A stretch of DNA of 64,000 nt. Source: a virus. The notes below the pieces were generated by a model, which searched no databases, was not told the origin of the DNA, and saw only the letters and a program-made list of their open reading frames with translations. Position numbers and translations under genes: made by a program. The stretch is taken from the IMG/VR virus record IMGVR_UViG_3300045941_000233, positions 32,001-96,000 of that record. The stretch is one strand, 5' to 3'. This document shows positions 44,576 to 54,007 of the stretch, piece by piece (the first letter of the stretch is position 1; each line of letters opens with the position of its first letter).

Positions 44576-46339
44576 ATGTCGAGAATCCTGGCGAATCTGG
44601 TTGTTAATATCGGCGCCAACCTGGCACCGCTGAAGAGCATCTTGGGGCAGGCGCAGGGCATGGCCCTTGGCATGCAACTCAGCAAAGGAATTGATCTTGC
44701 GCTCTCCGGAATGCGCGGCCTGTTTGCCGCTGGCATCGGAGTAAACGCCGAATTGGAGCAGATGACGGCCGGATTTGAGGTCATGCTTGGATCGCAAGAA
44801 AAGGCGGTCAAGTTAATGGGCGATATTCGGAAATTCGCCGCGGAGACTCCATTCGAGTCCCCCGCCGTAGCGCAGCTTGCCACGCAACTTCTGGCAACCA
44901 AAAAAATCGCCGAAGATAAAGTCATGCCGGCAATTCGGAAGCTTGGCGATGCGGCCGCTGGCTCCGCGAAAGGATTCGAAGCTCTGCCGCGGATTGGGCT
45001 GGCTATCTCTCAAATGCTCGGAAAGGGAAAGATTACAGCGCAGGACATGAATCAAATCGCCGAAGCCGGCATACCAGCCTGGTCGGCGCTTGCGGAAGCA
45101 ACTGGTAAATCGGAAGCGCAGCTTCGCGAAATGTCCGAGTCCGGAAAGCTCGGTATGAATTCGGTTTTGATGCTGATCGATGCACTCGGCAAGCGATTTG
45201 ATGGTATGGCGGTTAAGCAGTCCAGAACTTACAAGGGTCTCTTCAGCACGATCAAAGACAATTTTTCGATGGGACTAGGGCGTGTTTTCGAGCCCATTTT
45301 CAATCGGCTAAAGAAAGTGCTGGAATGGGTTGCCGATTTCACGAAGAGCCCCGACTTCACTGCCTGGACGGATCGGCTTGCCGCCGGCATGGAATGGTTT
45401 GGAAAGATGGCTGAAGCCGGGGTCAAGGGGCTGCTTAGCGGTATTGAGCTCGCGATTAAAGCCGTGACATTTTTCGGCGAGCACTGGAAGACGATCTGGG
45501 ATTTTGTTGTTGCGCAGGGCATCGCCAGCGTTTCCTTGCTTTGGGACAGGTTCAAGTATCTCCTGAATGAGCAGGTTCCGTTTGCGATCGTCGCCATGTG
45601 GGAAGGCGCTTTGGCTGGCGGCAGAAAATGGCTGGAACATCTCGGCACCGAAATGAAAGCGTGGATGGATTTCTTTAAGGACTTGTTTATCGCTGTCTTT
45701 GACTCAATTTCTGTGAGATTTCAGGGGCTGATGAAGGCATGGGAACAGGTCAAGGCCGGCAAGCTCGGGAATGCTTTTGAAGAGCTCGTCAAGGGAAACG
45801 CGGCCGGAGATGCAGCGCTGGCCGGCGGAGCGGTGAACGCCGCAAGCAACTTTGCTGCCACGATGGGCGGCATGGCCGTTGATATCGGCGCGGCCGTTGC
45901 TGACGCTGTTGGTGAGGTTATGTCAGCAATGCCAGGTTTCGAGCCGTCTGACAGAACAAAGGGACTTCAGGGCGTTGCCGACGAAATCGGCAAAAGATTA
46001 GGCGAAGCATGGAACGCGGCCGGAATGCCGAATTTATTCAAGGCTCCGGAAAAACCAGCCGGCGCCCCTGGTGGCAATGTTGCTGGTGCAGGCGGTCTTG
46101 AGGACACCGGCAAGGGTAAGGTCAAATCCGAATTCCTGGCGCTCGACGAGCTCAACAAAAAGATCCAGTCGTCGATCACCGACAAGGAGGCCAAGGACCG
46201 CAAAAAGGCGATTGCCGCGGCCGAACGCGGCGCCGACGCCGGCGAAAGGGTTGCCGTATCCACCAATCACATTAACGAGTCCATGCGGACGCTTCCGCAG
46301 AGAATCGCCACCGAAGTCAATCTGGGCTACGTGGCCTAA
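44576..46339 (+). CDS. tape measure protein
   Basis: AAETPFE, QMLGKGKITAQDMNQIAEAGIP, FSTIKDN; Trp/Phe-periodic helices. Confidence 0.9.
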   Translation: MSRILANLVVNIGANLAPLKSILGQAQGMALGMQLSKGIDLALSGMRGLFAAGIGVNAELEQMTAGFEVMLGSQEKAVKLMGDIRKFAAETPFESPAVAQLATQLLATKKIAEDKVMPAIRKLGDAAAGSAKGFEALPRIGLAISQMLGKGKITAQDMNQIAEAGIPAWSALAEATGKSEAQLREMSESGKLGMNSVLMLIDALGKRFDGMAVKQSRTYKGLFSTIKDNFSMGLGRVFEPIFNRLKKVLEWVADFTKSPDFTAWTDRLAAGMEWFGKMAEAGVKGLLSGIELAIKAVTFFGEHWKTIWDFVVAQGIASVSLLWDRFKYLLNEQVPFAIVAMWEGALAGGRKWLEHLGTEMKAWMDFFKDLFIAVFDSISVRFQGLMKAWEQVKAGKLGNAFEELVKGNAAGDAALAGGAVNAASNFAATMGGMAVDIGAAVADAVGEVMSAMPGFEPSDRTKGLQGVADEIGKRLGEAWNAAGMPNLFKAPEKPAGAPGGNVAGAGGLEDTGKGKVKSEFLALDELNKKIQSSITDKEAKDRKKAIAAAERGADAGERVAVSTNHINESMRTLPQRIATEVNLGYVA

Positions 46340-46440
46340 GTCCGGCGCGATTGCCAAACATTGCCGCCCGCTGGCACACTAACCAATTGAGCCGGGGGCC
46401 AGCGATTGCACTACTACCGCAACCGCTGGGACGGCAATAA

Positions 46441-47277
46441 GTGGCGCAGGTATTGATTCAAGGCGGTTCAGTCGCCTTTGAAGAGCTAAACGACTCGCCG
46501 AAATTCACCGTCGGCCGCGATTCCCGCGAGGCATCTCGGCACGGCAAAATTGCGTGGACCGACATTCAGTCCGCGATCAATGAGCTATTCCCGGCTGCGC
46601 CGGCGCTGCCCGGCATCTATCCTGGAGTTTCGTATCTGTACGCCGAATCGGCCGAAATTGAGCCGTGGCACCCGGAGGCCATTCCAACCGACGGAACGAT
46701 AGCGACCTACGCCACGCCGGCCAGAATCCGAATCAAGTATTCGACGAAGCTATACGATCCGTCGGACTTGATCGTCAGAAAATATGGTTTCTCGGGTGAG
46801 TTTCTGACACTGACCGGCGCCGGTCTCTACTGGGAATCCGGCCCGCAGGTCGAGCAGGAAGATGTTTCGGCCGCCAAGATCGTCCCGATGGTCGAGCATT
46901 CCCTGACTCGGCACCGGGCGACGTTCATTCCGTGGACTGCTATCCAGGCCAATATCGGCAGGGTCAACAAGAACACAATCAATAACAGCTATTTCACGAA
47001 TATTCCGCGCGAATGCCTGCTTTACATGGGCGCGGAAGTGAACTTCACGCTTTCGACGAACGGAACCACTGTCTGGACGCTTGAGCATCGGTTTCAAGAG
47101 CGGCGCGTCGATCTTTACGAAGACACCAGCAGCACCGGCGGCGCGACCGGCATCGGCGGCTGGAATCACTTCTACCGCCAGACCGGCGCCAGTCCTGGAT
47201 TCGATCGAATTTTCACGGCCGACGGCGATCCAATTTACTCCTATTCGCAAAACGATTTCGCCGGCCTGTTTGTGTAA
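46441..47277 (+). CDS. putative distal tail/tail-tip protein
   Basis: First gene after the tape measure gene; GWNHFY motif. Confidence 0.55.
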   Translation: MAQVLIQGGSVAFEELNDSPKFTVGRDSREASRHGKIAWTDIQSAINELFPAAPALPGIYPGVSYLYAESAEIEPWHPEAIPTDGTIATYATPARIRIKYSTKLYDPSDLIVRKYGFSGEFLTLTGAGLYWESGPQVEQEDVSAAKIVPMVEHSLTRHRATFIPWTAIQANIGRVNKNTINNSYFTNIPRECLLYMGAEVNFTLSTNGTTVWTLEHRFQERRVDLYEDTSSTGGATGIGGWNHFYRQTGASPGFDRIFTADGDPIYSYSQNDFAGLFV

Positions 47278-48302
47278 TGTCGAAGCCCAGCACCAACAAC
47301 AAGAGTTTTTTCAAGCTGGTTGCGGCCGGGGACCGCCCCAGCGCGACCGAGCAGAATAAAATCACGTCTGCCCTGTCGTCGCTGATGGGGAGCCCCAACG
47401 TCCACGACTTGGGCGGCAACAAGGTTCGCATTGTCAGGCTTGGCGAACCGTCCGGCACGTTTTCGACGGCCGACAACCGGCACGACGTCACCGCGCAGGT
47501 GATGCACTACAACAACGAAGACGTCTCGGACGCTTCCAGTCAGTCGCAAGACATTGGCGCCGGCTTCAAGGTCTCATCGCGCGACCCGCTGGATAACTTC
47601 TGCGACCCTCACAATCTGATTTTCGACCGCCACGAAATCGCGGTGGCCGTGTATTGCAAGCAGTCCGCCAAGTGGATTCCGGTTACTTTCCGGTCTGTTC
47701 GGCACGCCATGACATGCCGGGCTTCCGACGGCACATATCCGGCGCGAAGCGTCAACCCGGACACCTACCCGATTCAGTGGATCCGCTTGCGCTACCATGA
47801 AGCCATCGGCCGCCAGCGGCACGACGTCAGTTTCCTCGCGAACAATGTCCTGGATACCAACCTGGCCAATGAATCGAGCCTGTTCAGCGAGTCGAGCAAC
47901 CAGCGGCCGCTAGGCCCGGACGCCTACGTCCACAACATCGTGCCAAATGCCTACATCAAGCCCAGCACGATCATTCAGGTTTACAACGTCACCGGGCAGT
48001 GGTTTACGGAATATCGCGCCGAGCCGGCGCTTGTAGTCCAGCCGGTCCGTAGCATTACCGCCGGCCAGTCGGACGATTGCCGAATTTACAGCGGCGGGGT
48101 CTATACCAAGAAAGTCGTTCGCTGCACGGCCCTTGCCGCGGCCGTCCAGGCTAATCGCTGGTGCGTTGCCTGGCAGGAAGAGTCGAGCGGCGTTTATTAC
48201 GTCGGCCCGTGGGAATGCGCCGACGCCACGCAGAGCGAAAGCAGCATCAGCCGGTCCATCAGCAGCGAGAGCAGTCCATCGTTTGTGTCTGGCGAAATCT
48301 AA
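47277..48302 (+). CDS. putative tail protein with Ser-rich patches
   Basis: Coupled to neighbours; C-terminal QSESSISRSISSESSPSF. Confidence 0.55.
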   Translation: MSKPSTNNKSFFKLVAAGDRPSATEQNKITSALSSLMGSPNVHDLGGNKVRIVRLGEPSGTFSTADNRHDVTAQVMHYNNEDVSDASSQSQDIGAGFKVSSRDPLDNFCDPHNLIFDRHEIAVAVYCKQSAKWIPVTFRSVRHAMTCRASDGTYPARSVNPDTYPIQWIRLRYHEAIGRQRHDVSFLANNVLDTNLANESSLFSESSNQRPLGPDAYVHNIVPNAYIKPSTIIQVYNVTGQWFTEYRAEPALVVQPVRSITAGQSDDCRIYSGGVYTKKVVRCTALAAAVQANRWCVAWQEESSGVYYVGPWECADATQSESSISRSISSESSPSFVSGEI

Positions 48303-49048
48303 TGCGGAAAATTGCTTGTTATCTGCGCTACGCGGCGGCCGTTGTGCTGCTTTGTGCCGTCCTGGCGATCATCGACCCGGCCCAAATCACAAACGCCCTT
48401 TGGCCGCTGGGCCTAATTCCAAATGCGTGTTGCTGCGATACGGAGGAATTGAGCAGCGGCAGCAGCAGTACGTCGTACCCGGGTTGCTCTTGCTGCATCG
48501 GCGATTACGACGGGCAGTTTGACGTTGAGATTTTCGGTGTCGCGGATCAAATCTGCATCGAGTGCGAGAGCCTTAACGGACTTTACACGCTCAGCTTCAT
48601 GGGCGGTTATCTGGATGGAGTCAACGACGAACAGGTCATTTCCAGCCAGAGCGGCTTCCCTCCCGGCACTTCCTGCGCAAGCCTCCCATTCACCACTTGC
48701 TGCCGTGCTTGGGGTCACTGGTTTCGGTGGGGTTGCGGCGGCTCCCAGCCGATAGCCGATATCCATATCGGTCTCAACATTTACAAATTCAACACGGACA
48801 ACAGCAGCAGTAGCAGCGGATCAGTTGGCAGCGATATTGGCGATTGCACTATTCAGGTATTTTTCTCTGTCCCAAGCCGTCCATTGTTCGGCACTTTCAT
48901 TTTCAGTAAAAGGCTAAATGCCGACGAAGTTGATTGCGCGCTAATCCACGGCCTGGAACTTTCACTCCAAACAGAGACCGGAACGGACTGCAACGGATCG
49001 GCTGCCCGCGCTGTTGTTTCGGCTGTCGTTAGCTCCCAATCGTCCTAG
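48302..49048 (+). CDS. Cys- and Ser-rich protein with N-terminal hydrophobic segment
   Basis: ACCC, CSCC, ELSSGSSSTS, DNSSSSSGS. Confidence 0.65.
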   Translation: MRKIACYLRYAAAVVLLCAVLAIIDPAQITNALWPLGLIPNACCCDTEELSSGSSSTSYPGCSCCIGDYDGQFDVEIFGVADQICIECESLNGLYTLSFMGGYLDGVNDEQVISSQSGFPPGTSCASLPFTTCCRAWGHWFRWGCGGSQPIADIHIGLNIYKFNTDNSSSSSGSVGSDIGDCTIQVFFSVPSRPLFGTFIFSKRLNADEVDCALIHGLELSLQTETGTDCNGSAARAVVSAVVSSQSS

Positions 49049-49058
49049 CCGCGCCCAA

Positions 49059-49538
49059 ATGCTCGAATATCGCAGCGAGCCAGACAGCAGCGGCCGGCGG
49101 CTAGTCGTCTGCACAACCGCAAACTGCGGATACAGGCGGACGACGACCTGGCCGATTGAGAAGATTCGTCACAGTTGCGGCCACGAAAGAATTCCGGAAC
49201 CACTGGAAGACCCGCCGCCGGCAGTCGGACCCGGTACGGAGTTGGTGCAACTTTTGAAGCAGCTTGGGGCGTCGGCCAAAGCGTGCGCCAGATGTTCTGA
49301 AAATGCTGGCCTAATGAATCGATGGGGTCCGGACGGCTGCCGCTCGCGCAGGAATACCATCGCCGACTGGCTGAAGAGGGCCTACGGGGAGCAGTCGGTT
49401 ATCGGAAAAATCAAAAACCGGATGGCCGGCGCCGTCTCGGGAGTAGCCTGGAAAATCGACTGGAACGACCCTTTTTTGTGGTTGGTCGATGAGGCGATCC
49501 GGCGCGCGGAATCCGTCGAGAACGATGGCGGAAATTGA
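49059..49538 (+). CDS. Cys-containing hypothetical protein
   Basis: GPGTEL..LLKQLG..CARC..MNRWGPDGC. Confidence 0.65.
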   Translation: MLEYRSEPDSSGRRLVVCTTANCGYRRTTTWPIEKIRHSCGHERIPEPLEDPPPAVGPGTELVQLLKQLGASAKACARCSENAGLMNRWGPDGCRSRRNTIADWLKRAYGEQSVIGKIKNRMAGAVSGVAWKIDWNDPFLWLVDEAIRRAESVENDGGN

Positions 49539-49573
49539 CGATTCAGGACATTTCCATACAAAACCGATAGGGA

Positions 49574-50596
49574 ATGGACGATGAGAACACGATTTCGCGA
49601 CTTGAGCCGCGGCCGAACCTGACCCCGGACCAATGGGCGGCCCTGCCGCGGCATGAACGCATTCGCCTTCGGCAATTGAAGTTAGCCCACCGCCGGGCTG
49701 AAGCAATCGCGGCCAGCCAGGACGGCGAGACGCCGGTAGAAGAGCCATCGGCATCGCGCCCACCGCCGGCCGATACGCCATTCCGAGACTCCCACAACCG
49801 GCCGCTGTACCTGGAAAATCTCTATTTCGGCGCTAGTTGCTTTTTGATGCTCTCGGGACCGTCGGCACTGAGTAACGACCTGACAGAGCTAAGACGGCGC
49901 GGCATCTACACAATCGCCGTCAACAATGCGGCCACGATCATTCGCCCGAATTCCTGGATTTTCGTGGACCCGCCGGAGAAGTTTCATTCGGCAATCTGGC
50001 TGGATCCGGCGGTGACGAAGTTCGTTCACAACCGGTTCCTGGAATATCGACTGCGCGAGAAAATCGGCGACGAATTCCGCAAGCTGGACCGGCCGGACGG
50101 CAAGCCGGCCCACGTTCGGGATATGCCTGGCGTGGTGTCGATTATTCGCAACGCCGACTTTCGGCCCAATCGCTGGCTGAGAGAGTCGTCGATCAACTGG
50201 GGAAACTCCAAACGGTCGGCCCGCCGGAACAATCAACCGCGCGATCTGAATGTGATGCTGGCGGCCCTGAAGCTGGCCTACGTGCTCGGCTTCCGGGCGG
50301 TTTACTTGCTGGGCTGTGATTTCCTGATGACGGACGATCAGCCGTATTCGTTCACCGAAAACAAGCACGCTTCGGCCGTCGGCAGCAACAACAACAAATA
50401 TCGCCGCATTACGGAGATGCTTCAGATTCTGAAGCCGTACTTCGAGGGCGCCGGGTTTCACGTTCGCAACTGCAACCCGCGAAGCGGATTGACGCTTTTC
50501 CCGTTCGTCTCTTACACGGAGGCTATCCAGGCCGCCAGCGGCCACGTCCCGCAAGACCCGCTCGACACGATGAATTGGTACAGGAAAGGAAACTAG
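49574..50596 (+). CDS. DUF115/MptE-like (Maf/sialyltransferase-like fold) protein
   Basis: LSGPSA, IAVNN, LGFRAVYLLGCDF, NCNPRSGL. Confidence 0.65.
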   Translation: MDDENTISRLEPRPNLTPDQWAALPRHERIRLRQLKLAHRRAEAIAASQDGETPVEEPSASRPPPADTPFRDSHNRPLYLENLYFGASCFLMLSGPSALSNDLTELRRRGIYTIAVNNAATIIRPNSWIFVDPPEKFHSAIWLDPAVTKFVHNRFLEYRLREKIGDEFRKLDRPDGKPAHVRDMPGVVSIIRNADFRPNRWLRESSINWGNSKRSARRNNQPRDLNVMLAALKLAYVLGFRAVYLLGCDFLMTDDQPYSFTENKHASAVGSNNNKYRRITEMLQILKPYFEGAGFHVRNCNPRSGLTLFPFVSYTEAIQAASGHVPQDPLDTMNWYRKGN

Positions 50597-50603
50597 GGGG
50601 GAT

Positions 50604-50963
50604 ATGACCGAAAATCAAGCCATCCCGTTCGGCAATGTGCCGGCCGGCAATGAAATGGATTCTCTGTCTGGCATTCCGGACTCCCTCTTCAATGCCTTGC
50701 GGCACGCCATGAAGAACAGCGGCGGCCGATACGGAATCGCCGTCTTCACCCACGACGAAAACTGCAACGAAGTTCTTTTGAATTTCAATTACGGTCCGGC
50801 GTGGAGCGGCAAGTGTTTTCTGACCGCCTACGGTCTTTTCGTCGGCGAGTTTTTGAAGGTCACGCCAGGACTGATTAACGCGATCAACCGGACGACGGAA
50901 GCCGCGCAGTCGCCGCAGGCCAGCTTCGGACCGGCCCCGCCAGCGGAGATTCCGCCGCTATGA
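50604..50963 (+). CDS. hypothetical protein
   Basis: GGGGG RBS; coupled. Confidence 0.55.
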   Translation: MTENQAIPFGNVPAGNEMDSLSGIPDSLFNALRHAMKNSGGRYGIAVFTHDENCNEVLLNFNYGPAWSGKCFLTAYGLFVGEFLKVTPGLINAINRTTEAAQSPQASFGPAPPAEIPPL

Positions 50964-51364
50964 CAGGGCCGGCCGCCAGACCAATCGAAGTCGGATTAGG
51001 CACATGGATTGAAAAATCTTGGGGCTGGTTCCGGACACTGTTCCGCGACGATCAAGTCGAAATTGTCGAGGCCGAGATTGTCGCCGGCGGCTATAGCAGT
51101 CAGCACAAGCACCTATACAAGAGCAACACGTTCCAAGTGATAACCGGCGAGCTCGAAGTCCAGACCTATCCGGCGTCACTGAAGCCGACGAAGTACGTTC
51201 TGACGCCAACGGCCGATTCGATCACCATCCCGGCATTTGTTCCGCATAAGTTTTTCGCTCCGCAAGCCACGCGACTAATTGAAACATACGTCGCTTCGCA
51301 GCGCGGCCGCGCCATCGAGCCAGACGATATAGTCCGGTTCAGTGACGGGGGAATTAGGAAGTGA
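50960..51364 (+). CDS. cupin-domain protein (sugar isomerase-like)
   Basis: EKSWG, SSQHKH..F.VITGEL, IPAFVPHKF. Confidence 0.75.
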   Translation: MTGPAARPIEVGLGTWIEKSWGWFRTLFRDDQVEIVEAEIVAGGYSSQHKHLYKSNTFQVITGELEVQTYPASLKPTKYVLTPTADSITIPAFVPHKFFAPQATRLIETYVASQRGRAIEPDDIVRFSDGGIRK

Positions 51365-52149
51365 TTCCCGATTTTACTATTGTCGTCGCGATCGACCCGG
51401 CTCACCTTGCCGAGTTGCGCCTGTCCTATCCGACCTGGATCCGACACCATCCGGAACTGGCCGATAGGCCGATGGTCGTGATTTGCGACGGCGACAGACA
51501 TCCAGACGGCGCGCCGGCCAGGCCCGGGGCAACGGTCGCATGGTGGGGAGCCATCGAGGATATTGTTTATCCGTTTCACCGCGGGAAAATCCACCCAATA
51601 TTCGCGAGCAGCAGCGATCCGCAAATCAGCCAGCGGGAGAAGATGCTTTCGGCGTTTGTGTTGAAGGCGCCGCTCCGCGTCGATACGCCGTGGTATCTGA
51701 AAATCGACACGGACTGCATCGCCACCGTCGGCGGCGACTGGGTTTATCCGGAATGGTTCGAACGCGAACCGGTTCTGATTGCCCCCGCGTGGGGCTACAC
51801 AAAGCCGGGCAGCATGCTCGACAAGCTCGACGATTGGGCCGACTGCAATCCGGAGCTCGTTCTACGGCCCCCGCCGGCCCGCCGCGCCGTCGGCCAAATC
51901 GCCAAGCATCGCCGCATCATTTCCTATTGCATGTTTGGCCGGACGGACTGGACCCGGAATATTGCAAAACTGTGCGGCGATCGACTGCCGGTCCCGAGCC
52001 AGGACACGTTTTTGTGGTACTGCGCCGAGCGGCTTGGCCATCTTTGGATGCCGGCAAAAATGAACGGCTGGCGGCATGTTGGCGGCGGCGGCCAGCGACT
52101 GAGAATCGCGGCGCAAGAGGCGATGAAGACCGAGGGGGTGACTGCATGA
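51361..52149 (+). CDS. putative GT-A glycosyltransferase
   Basis: YLKIDTD (DxD), SQDTFLW. Confidence 0.55.
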   Translation: MIPDFTIVVAIDPAHLAELRLSYPTWIRHHPELADRPMVVICDGDRHPDGAPARPGATVAWWGAIEDIVYPFHRGKIHPIFASSSDPQISQREKMLSAFVLKAPLRVDTPWYLKIDTDCIATVGGDWVYPEWFEREPVLIAPAWGYTKPGSMLDKLDDWADCNPELVLRPPPARRAVGQIAKHRRIISYCMFGRTDWTRNIAKLCGDRLPVPSQDTFLWYCAERLGHLWMPAKMNGWRHVGGGGQRLRIAAQEAMKTEGVTA

Positions 52150-52811
52150 GCATGGGAGACAGCGGTCGTTTTGTCGAAATCCTGGAAGCCCATTTCGGCC
52201 CCGGCGGCGGACGAATGCATACGGGCGTCGAAATCGGAACGCACCGCGGGGGACTGTCGGAAAGGCTCCTGCGCAAATTTCCTGCGCTGATGCTGTTCAT
52301 GGTCGATTCTTATTGCGAACACGACAAAGAATCCGACTACCGCAAGACGGGCGACAAGTGCTCCCGTCTCAGCTACGACCAACAGCAAGAGCATTACAAG
52401 GTGGCCCTGCGGGTTACGTCATTTGCCGGACACCGCCGGACGATCTTGAAAATTCCGAGTTCTGAAGCAGCCTTTCGCATTCCATGCCCGCGGCTGTCGT
52501 TCGCTTTCCTGGATGGATCCCACTCACTCCCAGACGTTCGGCACGACTGCTTGATCTGGTGGCCGCGAGTCGAAGCCGGCGGCATTATGGGCGGCCACGA
52601 TTACGGCCATCCGCGCTATGGCGGCGTCGAAGTTGCCGTGAAGGAATTTGCGGCCCGCGAGCAAGTGGAAATCAGGACGGCGGGAAGTTGCTGGTGGGCG
52701 GTGAAGCCTGACACGCTTGTTGCGGCCGCCGATTCCGGCAGCCTGCCATCTTTGGACATGGGAGTGCAGACGATTAACGTCGATTCTGGCGACGTTGACG
52801 ATTTCGATTAA
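52146..52811 (+). CDS. class I SAM methyltransferase (Methyltransf_24-like)
   Basis: GVEIGTHRG, FLDGSH, GGIMGGHDY. Confidence 0.85.
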   Translation: MSMGDSGRFVEILEAHFGPGGGRMHTGVEIGTHRGGLSERLLRKFPALMLFMVDSYCEHDKESDYRKTGDKCSRLSYDQQQEHYKVALRVTSFAGHRRTILKIPSSEAAFRIPCPRLSFAFLDGSHSLPDVRHDCLIWWPRVEAGGIMGGHDYGHPRYGGVEVAVKEFAAREQVEIRTAGSCWWAVKPDTLVAAADSGSLPSLDMGVQTINVDSGDVDDFD

Positions 52812-52824
52812 AGGAGTTTTTGAG

Positions 52825-53244
52825 ATGAAAAATCAAAAAAAGGAAGCGCTTCGCAACGAGTCTATACACGATATCGACGAAGTGCTTTTTGAGGTTGGAC
52901 GGTATGAGGCGATGAATCGCCGGCCGAATGAAACAGGCTACGACGTTTTCCCCATCATGCCGCAAGGGTGGTTTGGTCGATCGGTCGAAATGCTGCGCGA
53001 AAGCATCGGAGCCAGGAAAAGGCTTCCGGACTGCGGCGAAGCTATCTGGAAGTCGATCACCGACATTGCTTTTTCTGGCAACGAGGGCGATATCGATCGA
53101 CTGATGCATGAGTTTCGGCTGTGGCTGATTTTTCAGCGCGGAAAAGTCACGTTCGGCAGTGGCCGCCGGCCGGAAACTTTCCCGGGAGAGGAATCGACAT
53201 CGACAAGCGAAAGCAGTAGCAGCCTGACCATCAGCGAGGATTGA
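52825..53244 (+). CDS. hypothetical protein with a Ser-rich C-terminal tag
   Basis: AAGGAG RBS; ends EESTSTSESSSSLTISED. Confidence 0.65.
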   Translation: MKNQKKEALRNESIHDIDEVLFEVGRYEAMNRRPNETGYDVFPIMPQGWFGRSVEMLRESIGARKRLPDCGEAIWKSITDIAFSGNEGDIDRLMHEFRLWLIFQRGKVTFGSGRRPETFPGEESTSTSESSSSLTISED

Positions 53245-53245
53245 T

Positions 53246-54007
53246 TTGCCGGAGACCGTTTTAGCTTCGATCATTAACTGGCGGCGGCCAGAAAACATCC
53301 ACGCGCTGTTGACCCGCTACCGCGAGCAAACGGTTCCGCTGCATATCGTCCTGGTCGAGTGTTCGCCGGATTCGGAATTCGCGGCCCCGCCGGAAGCCGT
53401 CGCACTGGCCGACGTCGTAATCACAATCAACCGCAACCTGACGGCATGCTCCCGGTTCATTCCGCCGCTAATGATGCCGCAGTTTCGGTACACGTTCTTT
53501 GGCGTTGACGATCATCTCCCCGGCCGCCGGCACGTCGAATGCCTGCTGCGCTGTGCCGAGTCTCTTGGCGGAAGGTTTGCCACAATCGGCCAGGACGGAA
53601 GATGCTTCCGGAATGGCGCTATCCACAAGCGGCGAGCCAGGCCCTATCCATCGACACCGCGGCCGATCGACGTCGTAACGAGCTCTGAATTGATGGAGAC
53701 AAGGAACATCGCCGACGCGATCATTTTTCGCCAGCGATTGCGCGAGTACGAGGGCAGCGACGAATTCATCACGGAAGACGATTTGATCCTTTGCATGGCC
53801 CTGCAAACGAAGCTGGCGGCGCCGTGCTACGTGACTCCGCAGCCAGGCGAAGACGAATGGTGGGCCGAAAAGCGACTGCCATCCGACCACGCGCTGTCGG
53901 GACGGCCGAATCACATCGACAGACGGAATCAGATGATCCAGAAAATGACGGATCTTGGCTGGCGGTCGATGGTTCCGAAGAGCGAATCAGGAGACGAAGG
54001 CGAATGA
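53246..54007 (+). CDS. GT2-like glycosyltransferase
   Basis: INWRRPENI, GVDDH, EDDLIL. Confidence 0.6.
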   Translation: MPETVLASIINWRRPENIHALLTRYREQTVPLHIVLVECSPDSEFAAPPEAVALADVVITINRNLTACSRFIPPLMMPQFRYTFFGVDDHLPGRRHVECLLRCAESLGGRFATIGQDGRCFRNGAIHKRRARPYPSTPRPIDVVTSSELMETRNIADAIIFRQRLREYEGSDEFITEDDLILCMALQTKLAAPCYVTPQPGEDEWWAEKRLPSDHALSGRPNHIDRRNQMIQKMTDLGWRSMVPKSESGDEGE

